From positions 1,612,001-1,676,000 of the forward strand of contig JBHGNT010000014.1 in the NCBI GenBank assembly GCA_043228905.1: a stretch of DNA of 64,000 nucleotides, in the 5' to 3' direction. The notes beneath the pieces are model-generated. The model was not told the DNA's origin. It saw only the letters and a program-made list of their open reading frames with translations, and searched no databases. Within the stretch, counting starts at the first letter, position 1. Every line of letters starts with the position of its first letter. Of this stretch, positions 22,409 to 34,756 are shown piece after piece. Origin of the DNA: Azolla caroliniana (taxonomy: Eukaryota > Plantae > Polypodiophyta). A program made the translations under genes and the position numbers.

Positions 22409-24607
22409 GTCGGGTTCACCAAAGATGTCGCGTTGTTACGGCCATGCCTGTAGAAGGGCGGGACCACGGGGGTCTTGGACTAGGGAGTAGAGGAGAAAGA
22501 ATAAGACACAAAATGGAAGCTTAGCTCAAGAGGAGGTGAGAAAGAATAAGACAATAACATAGAATAGACGGGGCAAGATGCTCAACAAGTTAGCTTAAGG
22601 AAACATAAACTCTTTACAACGGTGACCGCCATGGCCGCACCAAACGACTATAAGAAAACCCTAAAGGAAAACCCAAGAAGAAAACCCTAACCGAAACCCT
22701 AAAACCGAATAGGAAACCCTCGACCTAAGTGGTATGCCTCTCTCCCTCAAAATAGGCAACCCCCTCATAAGTGACCCCTCCCTTCCTTTTATAGCCCAAG
22801 GAGCGAGGGACCTTACAATGTGGGATAAAATTTCCCCTCTTATTTCTATACAGCATTTCCTAGTATACATGTGCACATGGTGCACACCACCGATTTGCCT
22901 ATTCCACCCCGGTTTCTGCCTATGGACGAAAATCTTCACAACAACGTTTATGTGACACGACACTACTAATGTTTCCAACCAAAAGAATGACAAATTATAT
23001 GAATCAATGGTTCCTCTTGTATTGAGGTGAATTACTATTGAAACGGTTTTCAATAGTAAGGTAAAAGTAATGTATCTCTCACATTCTTTATTTGTGGGTG
23101 AACGATTCGACAATTGGAAAATTCTACTTTGAAATGATTAGAAAGTTAGACATTGAAGGATTGACAAGCAATGTGACTATAAATATTTCGCCACCACAAG
23201 CTAATTATCCTTGTGATAGCTTTCCAATACCAAAATCAAAATCAAAGTGGCCCTTTGTTACTCTAAGAGATTTCTAGCATTGATTAGCTCATGTTAGGAC
23301 ACTTGGTCTATAAACCATGCTTTATATTTTTCTTACATGAGATTTCTAGGATTTATTGACCTCGTGTTAGGACACTTGTCTTATCTCTTAATAGATTTGT
23401 TTCCTCCACTAAACTCCCCACAAGTGTTTTCCCCTTGGATGGGCATGCAAATGTTCCCAAGACAAGAAGCAAGGGCTAAGCCCCACATCCACCGCATGGA
23501 GTAAGCAATATAATGTTGAAAGTAACAATATTTCTCTTGTGATAATGGCTCATACTTACTCTTACATCTCTCAAATAATTTGACAAAGTTAAACTAGAGC
23601 TAAGGTGATACAATATTCTTTTTTAGTAGGTTCTTATTTTTTTTATTTTTGATAATAAAGAGTCACCTTAGTATTAATGGAAAGATGCCCAAAGGCTACA
23701 AAGAACTCATACAATAAAATATAACCCTCATACCCAAATCAAACAACATGTTGAGTAGCCCTCACGCATGATCCTTTCAATATAGGGGGCGAAAAAAGCC
23801 ATCTTGGTGGAGCACATTTCCACTTTATTCTCTCCCCAAAAGAGGTGAAGACCTTTTCCTGTTTCCAAATTCTCGAAAATGTTGTTGCTTACGAAATACA
23901 ACCTTAGGCTCACTAGTTATTGCCTCATATTGACCTCTTAGAGTATGTAGGAGCATCAACTATATGCCCTTGACTAACTCAACAACATTCAGTTTGACTT
24001 TTAGAAATACACATTTACATATTGTCTTCCACAATACCCAAACTACTACATAAGATATCGTAGACCAAACCTTGTCCTCTTCCAAACAACAGATTGTTGA
24101 CGGATAAGTGCCCTCCAATTTTTTAGGAATATGCCCCTCCTATGGGGGAGCCGATTGGTCGGATAGAGAGCCGACAATCGATGACAAAGGGGAGTCAACA
24201 TGGAGAGTCAACAATATAGAAAGTGATCCAAGTCGAAGACACGACTGACTAGTTGGGCCGACCGGTGTTGTGGAGAAAACCATCCCTAGGCAGAATCAAA
24301 GAATGATGTGTGCGAACCGGCCCTTACACGCGGTGACAAGTTTTGTTGTAATGTACATATTTAGATACAAGTTGGCTGATGTGAATATCCTAGGTCGCAC
24401 GGATTTGTGTATCTGTGTGTGTGTGTGTGGAAGCACGACCATTGTCTTTCATGCTCCTACTCTTGATCGGTTATTCCTCGGTCCAAGACCCCTGTGGTCC
24501 CGCCTCGTTCTATACGCACGCGCGTAACAACACGACATCTTTGGTGAACTTGACGTGAACAGGCGGCAGAGGAATAGAAGGATGAGGGGAACGGAGCTTG
24601 CAGAAGC

Positions 24608-27600
24608 ATGGCTTCAACTGTAGATCGATTAGTGAGTGCGCGTGAAGGCACATGCGCGCTCAATAGGGCTATTGACGCAATCGTCGGCACGATAGGCCGG
24701 TTTGGTGGAAAAGATGCCACGAGCTACTTGGAGGCCTACCGAGCCGAAATGGTGATGAGGGACATTCCGGAAGACAGGCGACTAGCCGGATTCCCTGGGG
24801 TGGTGATGTCGGGCTTCCACGCGGAGGTGCTTGAGGTACGGTCTAAGACCCGGACCTGGGAAGAGTTTGAAGGTCGGCTTCTTGAGAAATACGGGCTTGA
24901 TGACGCGCTTCGGCTATTGAAGCGGGACTTCATGGAATGGGTGGAGACCCCCGAAAAGGGGAGAAACGTGTTGGTTCTCCTCCGGGAGTTTGAAGAATGC
25001 TTCGTGCGTCTTTCGGCGTTGGACCGGACCGTACTGGACACAAGTCATGTCCTATTATTTGTTAAATCGATGGACGTGAGGGACCGGGAGCAAGTGGGCC
25101 TCCTGCTGGAGACCGATGACGGGCTAATGGCCGATTGGGCCGTGGTGAAGAGAGTCTGCGGCTGTTTCGACAAACAGCGTGAGTGGGTAGATAAAGGCTC
25201 ATTGGGGGCGGGCTTTGTTGTGGCAAGGAAGCTCGAGGTACCCCCACCGGCACGAAGGGAGGAGACCTGAGGCTGGCTCGACTTCGATCGGCGTGGTCAA
25301 AGGCCCGTCTGGAGGAGCGGCTCTGGAGGAGCTGACTCAGATGGTGAGGGACCTCAAGATTGCACAGGCACGAAGGGACGGCGGCGAACTAGCCCGTGAC
25401 CAAAGGCATCAGGCTAGGCATCGGTGCTTGTGGTGCGACGCGCTCGGCCATGCCTGAAAGGACGGCGGGGACTTCGCCGAAGCGATAAGGGCCAACGTGG
25501 TGTACTTGTGGAATGGGCGGTTACATGCTAGCGAAACCCGGAGGGCCCTGGATTTGAACGTCAGATGAGGGGGGATGAAACGGCTGATGAGGAAGCGGCG
25601 GCTCGCCACGCAGAGACCATCCACTACTCAGCGTCGGCGGGAATCTGGGTGGGGAGTGATGAAGTCCGGAAAACAAAGGACTCCGGGTTCTGGCCGTTGA
25701 TGCTGGAAGGCCTAACCGGCGTATGGCTAAGGAAAGAGGAAGCGGACTACGCGGGAGAAGGGTCTGGGAGGTAACTGGGTGGAGTAACCCGGTCAAAGAG
25801 AAGACAGGCTTCGTGGAAGCCGCGTGCCAAAACTACGAGGTTCTGGTGGAAGACAAGCGCGCGGGAAAGACCAGGGGGGCTGGACCCTCACAAGGGTATG
25901 AGACCCGTTTCGGGCCGAAGCAGAATGATGTCGGTGCATCCGGCGCACCGGACAAGACTAAGAAGGCCAGTTACTGGTTGAACATAGAGATCGAAAGGAC
26001 CACGGACCTACGAAAGGTCCTGGAGGAACGGATCCTCGAGAACAAAGTGGAGTTGTCGCTGAGGGAGGTGCTCGGTATCGCCAAGAAGGAGTTGCACGAC
26101 TCCATTGTAGACTTGGTGAAGCGGAAAAGGCTTTCGATGAAGCCGGAGCCGGAGAAGCCGGTGGAGGTGCGAACGACGCACCTAGAAGACATGGCCCTGG
26201 AAGACGAGTTGGCGGAAAGCCACTACTCGAGGCTACATTGGGCTAGGGCCACTACGGAAACCCCTGTTTGGATCGGGGACGTCCAGCAGCCGGTGGTGGC
26301 ATTGGTAGACCACGGTTTAGAGGTAAACTTGATGTCCATGGACTTCTACAAGAAGGGAAAGTGGCCAATCAACACCAAGCACTCCGGAACGATAGTCAAG
26401 GCATGGGGACGTGATAGTTAGGACACTCCGGAAAAACCCCACACATGTACAATAGGCAGAAGAACCTGTAACATAGGTAGGAAGTTTTGGTTCTCCGACA
26501 GCAGAGGTTGTACAATAGCCGGCGTCGTTGGCCGGGAGAAGAAGCGGGCAGAAGAGCGACTCAGGGCATGCAGAGTCCTCGTCCCTGAAGAGGAAATTGG
26601 CGGTGCCGTGGAGGCGGTCTCCTTCGATTACACCTTGGAGGAATTATGTGAGGTTGTCGAGGGAGGCCTTAGTGAAGACCGATTGATTCTGGTATGTTTG
26701 GAAAAGATGTACGGAGTCATCACCGACTTCGGTAGAGGACTCGAGTCGGATCGGACGATCCGAGTGGATACGAAGTACAAAACTATGGACCAGAAGGTGC
26801 GACCAGTCGCGGCACCCTTGCCGGAGGGCAGCGAGTTACGGATGAAAGGGGTCGCGTCAGACCCAAGTTTACGAGATCCGGCAGGCATAGGACACCGATT
26901 CACCGACATAACGCTACAAGAGCTCAAGGTCGGTGGGGGTGGCTTTCTACTGCCTGCGGAGGAAGACCGGTTTCGGAGAATGCTCAAGAGGCACGGAAAG
27001 GCCTTCGCATTCTCGTTGGAGGAGATCGGGTTTGGAGACCCGATGATTGTGGAACCAATGGTGATCTTCACGGTACCGCATGTACCGTGGAATCTCAAAC
27101 CGAATCCAGTACCCAGAGCTCACATCCTGAAGCTAATGGAGCTACTGAAAGATAAGGTGGATATGGGCATCCTCAAACCGTCGGGTGCCCCGTATTCTAA
27201 TCGGTGGTTTACCATGCCCAAGAAGAACGGCACACTGCGCTTCATTCAAGACTTGCAACCGGTCAACAAGGTGACCATTCGGAATGCAGGAATCAGACCG
27301 ATCATAGACGAGTTGGCGGAGGCCTTCGCCGGAAGGTCAATTTACTCGGTCGGTGATCTGTACTCGGGATACGATCAGTTCCAGCTAGCCGTGGAGAGCA
27401 GGGACATTACGACGATGCAGACTCCTCTCGGCCTAGTACAGATGTGTACCCTTCTGCAAGGAGGGACGAAATCGGTAGCCCACATGGTGAATGCAATGAA
27501 CAAAGTGCTAAGGGATTGTATCCCGGACATCACCATGTCATTCTGAGACGACATCCCGATCAAAGGATACTCGGTGGAGGATCAGGATGAGACAATCGGA

Positions 27601-29852
27601 CCGGACGGATGCCGGAAGTTCGTGGTGGACCACGTCGATGACTGCGAGAAGGTGCTGCAAAGACTAGAGGGCGCGAGGCTCACCTTCTCCGGGGAAAAAT
27701 CGGCCTTTGGGCAATCGGAGATCATGGTCGTCGGACACCTATGTGGGCCAAGATAGAGGTCATCTCCGCGATGAAGCGCGACTGCAAATCGGTCATAGAA
27801 GTCCGGAGATTCTTGGGAGCATGCACGTTCTACCATATCTGGATCCCGCATTACGCCCACGTCGCGGAGCCGCTCTATGGATTGCTGAAGAAAGGGCGTA
27901 AATTCAAGTGGTGGGAGGACCATACAGAGTCGATCCGGAAAATGAAAGAAGCACTTGCTGCGGCGCCGACACTCCGGAAAGTGGTCTACGGTAAAGACAT
28001 TCCGATTTACGTGACCATAAGCACAAGTTCGACCGGAATCAGATGGGTGATCAACCAGGAGGATGAGAATGGCACGAGGTTCCCCATTTGGTTCGGCGCA
28101 AAAGTCCTCAGTGAACGACAGCGAGGGTACGCCCAGGTTAAACACGAACTTTGGGGTATCGTTTCGGTGGTCAAGGCCGACAAAGACTACCTGATCGGGA
28201 TGGAGGTGATAATCGAGACGGACTGCCTGTCGATTCTCGGTATGGTTTCTGGATGCGCGACGCCGGACCTGGCAATGCTCAGGTGGATAGCGTACATCAA
28301 GTCCCTGAATCCGGAAATACGACACATTTCCGAAAAGGACAACGCCATGGCCGACATGCTTTCGAGGGTGAGATTCGATGATGAGGACAACATGGTTTCG
28401 GAGGACGAAGAAGTCAGCATGGACTTCTTTGAGACGACTTACATAACAACAAGGAAGAGGATCACTCCGGCACTTAACGAGTTTGACGAGAGCAAGTACG
28501 ACGGGGAGTGGCTCTAGATTGGCGGGTTCCTGAAGACAATGACACCGAACGTGGCTTGGACGAAGGAAGAGACCAACCAGATTTGGAAGAAAGCGTACCG
28601 ATTCTTCCTATGGGATGGGTGCATATGGAAGCACCCGAAGAAGAGAAACGGCATCCCGCTCCGGGTTGTGGCGAAGAAAGAGGAACAGGTGGAACTGCTG
28701 ACGGCGTACCACAAGAGTCCTTGGGCCGGACACTGCGGGATGTGGGCCACATTCAAGAAGTTGAAGGGGAAGTACTGGTGGCCGGGACTATACCGGGACA
28801 TGCATCAGTTCGTGACGGCTTGCAAAAGCTGTCAGATGCACTCCATAGTTCGAGATCGGGACGAGCTCCACCCGACCTACCCTCCGACCGTCCACTTCAA
28901 CTGGATGGTGGATCTGGTGACGATGCCGATGGGGGTAGGGCAGATGCGATATCTGGTGCTGGCTTGGGAGGACCTGACGAACCAGGTGGAAAGTCGAGCA
29001 TTGCCGAACACAAAGACCGCGGATGTGTGCCGATTTCTGATCGAAGAAGTGGTATGCCGGTACGGGTGCGTAGGAAAGATCGTAGCCGACCGTGGAGAAC
29101 TGGACACACAGGAGGTTGAAGAGTTGTTTGACTGGCTAGGGGTTAAACTCTCGCTCACCACGGCATACAATCCGAAGGCAAACGGGAACGTGGAACACGG
29201 ACATGGGACGATCGTCAAAGCGTTAGTGCGGGCATGTGGAGGCGAAGTCGGAAATTGGCTGCGGCTCTTATCCTATGCGTTGTGGGCCGACCGAACTACG
29301 CACAGTTCGGTAATCAGGTTCATGCCAACGGAGCTGATGTACGGGAAGAAGCCATTCATGCAAATGGAGCGAACGATCTCCTCATGGGCCACGGTGGATT
29401 GGAGAGACGAGATGAGCCGGGAGGAGTTGTTAGCGGTGCGGATCCGACAGCTTGAGTGAAGACCAGAGGATGTGGAACGAGCCGCGGAAAAGCTGCGGGC
29501 CGCGAGGGTAAAGAACAAGGGGAGATTTGATCGGACTCACTGACTAAGGTCGAAGAAAATCGAGGAAGGCGACTGGGTTCTGGTATATGACAGTAGCCTC
29601 GACAACCAGCACAAGGCGTTGCGGAAGTTCACAAGGAGGTGGTTCGGGCCTTACATGGTGACAAGCGCCAACGACAACGGGACCTACCATCTCGCGGAGC
29701 TTGACGGGACGAGGATGGCAGTACCGGTGGCCGGGAAAAGGATCAAAGCGTTGAAAAAGCGGCACGAGGATGAACCGGAACCGGACCCGGACGACTTGGA
29801 TAGTGAGGACGACTGGTTCGGAGCGATTGGCGATCCGGAGGACGAAGGGTAA
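24608..29852 (+). pseudogene. Element C gag-PR-RT-RH-INT, fragmented
   Basis: GRFGGKDATSYL, ALVDHG, YSNRWFTMPKKNGTLRFIQDL, DLYSGYDQF, TDCLS, ADMLSR, ADRGE, RRWFGPY; multiple stops and frameshifts. Confidence 0.88.
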
Positions 29853-29910
29853 GCGTGGGCCGGTCTTCTCCGGCAAGAGTCTATTTTGGCGCATACCGAT
29901 GGATGCGCGG

Positions 29911-31435
29911 TGTCGCGAAAATACGATGAGGATACGTGAACGTTGAGGCAAGACCCCAGGGCCTTTGACTAAAGGATATCAAATTCGTGTATTTATGTAC
30001 TAAGAATTAACTGAAATGAGAAAGATTAACAAATTTCATTAACAAGTAGAAAGAAAGATTACAATTAATCCCAAGATTGGGATTACAAAAAGTTTGCTAA
30101 TGGAGATGGCTAGAGTAATAGATTAGAGGAAATTAAGATATGAATTCTATAGAAAATTAGGGTTTTTGGCTTTGATAAGAGATTATGGTTTTATGAGTTG
30201 AATAGCTTCCGTATGGAAATTTAGGGTTATGAGTAAGATATGGCTTCCGTAAGGAAATTAGGGTTTACTTGAGAGATATGGCTTCGATAAGATAGGGGAG
30301 TTAGGAAGGAAAAGAAAAACAATATAATATATGGAGAGAGCATGAGTGTAGGAAGAAAATGGAATTTTATATGGAGTTCTCCCTTGATCATCTGCATGTC
30401 CACCTTTTGTTGCATGGCCTCTGCTTTTAGTTGCTTAGCTTTTTCTTTTAGTTGCATCGCTTTTTCGTTTAGTTGCATGTGACGGTCCACATGACCTTTA
30501 CTTTTTGCATGCACTCCAACTTTAGTTGCTTGCGTCCACATGACCTTTACTTTAGTTCTCTTCACTTTACTTTAGTTTGTTGCATGATCCAATCTTCCGT
30601 CCGTCCGCGTCCAACCTCGTCCGGTAGCCAGTTCCGCCCGATCACCGAATCCCTCGCCAACCGGTTCCATTTTGCTTGCCGGTCGGTTCCGGTTTTGCTT
30701 ACCGGCTGGTTTCTGGATTTGCTTACCGACCGGTTCGGTTTTGCTTGCCGGCTAGTTCCGGTTTTCTTGCGGGCCAGTTCCGGTTTGCTTGCCGGTTCCG
30801 GTTTTGCTTACCGGCCGGTTTTTGGATTTGCTTATCGACTGGTTTCCGGATTTTTACCGGCCGGTTCCGGTTTGCTTGCCGGCTTGTTCCGGTTTGCTTG
30901 CCGGTTCTAGTTTTGCTTACCGGCCGGTTTCCGATTTTGCTTACCGGCCGGTTTCTGGATTTGCGTATCGACCGGTTTCCAAATTTGCTTACCAGCCGGT
31001 TTCCAGATTTGCTTGCCGGCCGGTTCCAGTTCCGGTTCCGGTTTGGTTGCCGGTTCTAATTCTAGTTTGCTTGCTGGTTCCGGTTCCGGTTCCGATTTTG
31101 CTTACCAGCCGGTTTCCGGATTTTGGGAACTTGGCCACCATCATCCATCAAGACAAAGTGGTCAAAGTGCTCTTAGCACAAATGAAAAATGAGGGAGCTC
31201 AAGGTGCTTATATAGACAGGGCCTTAACTTTCCTATCTATGTGGGATAGTTCTAATTTCCCTATTTTTTCAAACTTCATTTTCACATAACTTGATATGTA
31301 TTTCTCCATTTTGTATTTAGTAAAATACGTTTTGAAGTTCTTGAGTATATCCATCTTTCTATAGTAAGCTACTAATCTAATCTATAATAATTATTTCATT
31401 ATTTTTTTACATAGTGTGTGAAGATTCACACGACA
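29911..31435 (-). mobile_element. 1525-bp solo LTR of the same Gypsy lineage, inserted just upstream of element C's PPT
   Basis: TGTCGCG..CACGACA ends; TSD GCGG/ACGG. Removing it restores ggatgcgcggttaggtgggggcgga, which matches element B's pre-PPT sequence. The right end resembles the A LTR end; orientation is inferred from that. Confidence 0.8.
30655..31125. repeat. CCGG-rich minisatellite inside the solo LTR
   Basis: Many degenerate units of ccggttccggt(t)ttgctt(g/a)ccgg. Confidence 0.9.
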
Positions 31436-34400
31436 ACGGTTAGGTGGGGGCGGATGTCGTGGAGAAAACCGTCCCTAGGCGGAATCGGAGAATGATGTGT
31501 GCGAAAAGGCCCTTACATGTGGGCACAAGTTTTGTTGTAATGTACATATTCAGATACAAGTCGGCTGATGTGAATATCCTAGGTTGCACAGATTTGATAG
31601 GTAGGAGATCGAGGCATATCTCTGTCCTTTCGGATAGAGAATAAAGATGATGTAATGGCCTCCCTCCTTGGGCTATAAAAGAGAGGGAGAGGAATGGGAA
31701 AAGGGGATCACTTTTGTCGAGGACGAAGTGCTGTCGGACTGGGACCGAGCTCTTCTCCTCCGTCTTTCTCTGTATTTGCTCTGTGCAGGTTTTCGGGAGG
31801 CTAACTCTACCCCGTGGACCACCCGAGTGCTTTCGGAAGAGTCTCCATCTTGCTCTTCTGTGTGCGTGTGCATAGGCATACGAGATTTGTCGCTCACTGG
31901 CCTGTTGGTTGTAACCCCTTTTTCATCAGAATATATATGTACACATACGATTCATCTCGTTTCCGTTGTTTCATTCGGTTGCGGTTTCTATGTATCTGTG
32001 TGTGTGCGTGTGGAAGCGCGGCCGTTGTCTTTCTTGCTCCTACTCCTGATCTATTATTCCTCGGTCCAAGACCCCCTGTGGTCCCGCCTTGTTCTATACG
32101 CACGCACGTAACAACGCGACACCGGATGGTCGAAGACAAGGCCAATTAGTTAAGCCGACTGGGCAATTGACATAAGAGTCGGTTACTCGAATCGACTAGT
32201 CGACCAGTCGGTTGATTAATTGTTACTATTATTAGTATAATAGTAGAAATGATAGTAGTAGAGGCTACATTTGTATATAGCCCATAATGTGTATAAGTAC
32301 AAATACACTTAGGGCAATCGTGTAAAATAGTAGATATAGATTACAGTTTCTGTAGTTGAGAGTTGTAGAGTATAGAGAGTGTGTGCGAGAGAGCGGCGAC
32401 AAAGTTCAGTGAACCTGTCAAGAACCCTAAGTGGTTATCCTCTGAGTATCAGAGAAGAGTTGTAACCATTCTTTGTACTCTCTGTCATATAGTGGAAGAT
32501 CTGTTCTCTCGTGGTTTTCCCCTTTTAGGGTTTCCATGTAAAACTCTGTGCATATTGTGTATTGTGCTGTTTTTTCTGTTTCCGCATGTTTTGTCGTTCA
32601 ACATATCTTTCGTAGATCGATGATATGTTTTCTAACACAACTCATTTCTTCCATTGGAGAGGAACATAAAATCAACATACTCCTTTTCATAATTTTGTAT
32701 TTCTTTAGCCAACCTTCCTCATCTCACAAGACCCCATGTGTACACCTGTTTACCATAAATAGGATACAAAATTCTCAACATCCTTTTCCAAACTGCTCTA
32801 GCAATAGGACATACCCATAAGACACGGTGAATTGATTCAATGGGAAAACCACAACTATCATTTTAAATCATCACAATGGCCTCGCATCCATGACTTCACA
32901 GGAATGCCATAATGTACCAACAATCATCTAAACAATACAACTTTTTTAGGAATTTGCATGGCCCATAGCCATTTCCAATAAACATCCAACCAAGAGTCTT
33001 GTACATGACCAAATCTCCAAAATTTACAAGCTGCTGGCGTGACAACCACACCCCTCAGCAATTCTCTACCTTTTTACTGAATACTAAAAAAATGGGATTT
33101 TCTTACCTACCATTCCTTGCGCTAATATGATTTGCCATTTCCACTCAACGAGATCCCACAAAAGGTGATTAATGAGCTTATTGTCATAGACCCACAATTT
33201 AGATAAACTATTTATATCATTTGGATGTGAATTCCACATCCATTTTTTATCGTTCTTCCACAATATATGAATAGGCAACATACTCCCTTGATTTACAACT
33301 TCGTCTTCCATAAAGAGAGAATGAAGCTGTCTAGAAGGCAAAACATTGAAATAAAGACATCCATGAGAGTTTTTATAACCGATGACCCCCCAACAAGACA
33401 TGTAAGGATGAAAACATACCATACCAAAATAGACTAATTTGAGAAAGCTGAAATGAAGACATTGTAAACACTATCCATTTATGTATACATAATGTTCCCA
33501 CCCCAAATTGTTCTACCAACATGGGTTTTGTTTTCCATTGTCGAGAAGAAAAAGTCAACAAATTCTTTACTGACCCAACTTCTCCTCTATCAAAATCAGC
33601 CCACTTCAACCTAGTTCTGTTCCCTAACATTACCCCCTTCTCTAATAAAAATAGTGTCTTCATTATGAGGGGTTGGCGCAACCATTCACCCATCCATGAT
33701 TGTAGTGATTGGACCAAGTTATGTTTCAAATCCCTGATACCCCTAAAAAACTTATCCTAGTAAAAAATATCAATGGAATGATTAAAATCTCTTAAAAACC
33801 ACCATCTAATATTATCTTTCCAATTGCCACCTGTAGAAGGCATAATCTTAACCATTCTTTGCCTTAAGATTGTTTTCCATGGCTCCCCACTTGGCAACAA
33901 GCCTCTTATAATTAATTTTCCCAAAAAAGCCTTACATTGTAAAAGAGGATCAATCAATCCAAGACCACCCTCATCCTTTGGAGTTGTAATAACTTTCCAA
34001 GATACTTTAGCTCTTACATATGAACAATCTTTAGATCCCTACCATGTTGTAGGGGTCGTCAGCCGGTACATGTCAAACCCAGGACCGAGGCATTGGGATG
34101 CCGTCAAACACATCTTTAGGTATCTGAGAGGAACCAAGGACGCACAACTGGCTTTCAGATCGGCCAATCCGACCAAAGTCGAAGGCTATACCGACTTCGA
34201 CTATGCCGGAAATACGGATAATCGGAACTCAACATTAGGCTATCTTTTCACCTATGGCGGTGGTGCCATATAATGGAGATCAAAGCTTCAAGATTGCATG
34301 GCCTGTTTACCACAGAGGCCAAGTACATAGCAGCATCAGAGGCAATGAAGGAAGCAATCTGGCTACACTGACTGTCTACCGATTTTTTGGCTACAAGTCA

Positions 34401-34756
34401 AATCAACCACCTAGCACCGACCATCTATTGCGACTCTCAGTGTCACGGATCATAAACTCAAGAGACAACGAAGAAGATAACCAAATGGACAAGAAAGAAT
34501 ATAGTACTAAAGGAAAGACTCCATAACTGGTGTTGTTCACCTTGAATTCCTTCAAGGTGAACTCCTCTATTTATACTACATGGCATGCATACTTGTTGCA
34601 CGCATGTGAATCTACAATAGAGCATGTAGGTATGCATGCATGTGCCAAGTGTAAATACTACAAGGGAGCAACTATGCACATGATGCTAGCAAAATAATAA
34701 GGAACAATTACATACATAACTAGTACTAGATATCTTGGTTAACTCATAATAGTAGA

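Larger units (their letters stand above)
18118..22943 (-). mobile_element. Element B: non-autonomous, pol-less (gag-only) LTR retrotransposon of the same tRNA-Trp lineage
   Basis: 518-bp LTRs at 18118-18635 and 22426-22943, PBS-Trp 22404-22421, PPT GGTGGGGGCGGA 18636-18647, TSD ACGT/ACGT. No PR, RT, RH or INT motifs recognisable. Confidence 0.9.
24266..32121 (+). mobile_element. Element C: decayed full-length Ty3/Gypsy, tRNA-Trp primed
   Basis: 5' LTR 24266-24537 (internally deleted), 3' LTR 31455-32121, PBS 24542-24559, PPT 31442-31454, TSD CCGG/CCGG. Confidence 0.92.
24095..32637 (+). mobile_element. Copia-type solo LTR (24095-24265 plus 32126-32637), split by element C
   Basis: Starts TGTTG and ends CTAACA. 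Contains cacttagggcaa and gtggttttccc..gggtttcca blocks shared with the Copia LTRs at 40432 and 45112. TSD not clean (CAGAT/CAACT). Confidence 0.65.
23637..34040 (-). mobile_element. Decayed L1-clade LINE remnant (about 23637-24094 and 32638-34040), interrupted by a Copia solo LTR and element C
   Basis: Minus strand reads RAKVSWKVITTPKDEGGLGLIDP (post-RT L1 motif) near 33950-34015; T-rich tail at about 23637-23650. Continuity of the two parts is inferred. Confidence 0.6.

Noticed and set aside
30473-31289. Overlapping ORFs with repetitive peptides; CRISPR-like appearance
   Set aside because: Products of a stop-poor CCGG minisatellite. There are no unique spacers or cas genes, and the context is eukaryotic.
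24090-32642. TSD for the Copia solo LTR
   Set aside because: CAGAT versus CAACT has two mismatches, so it was not used as evidence.
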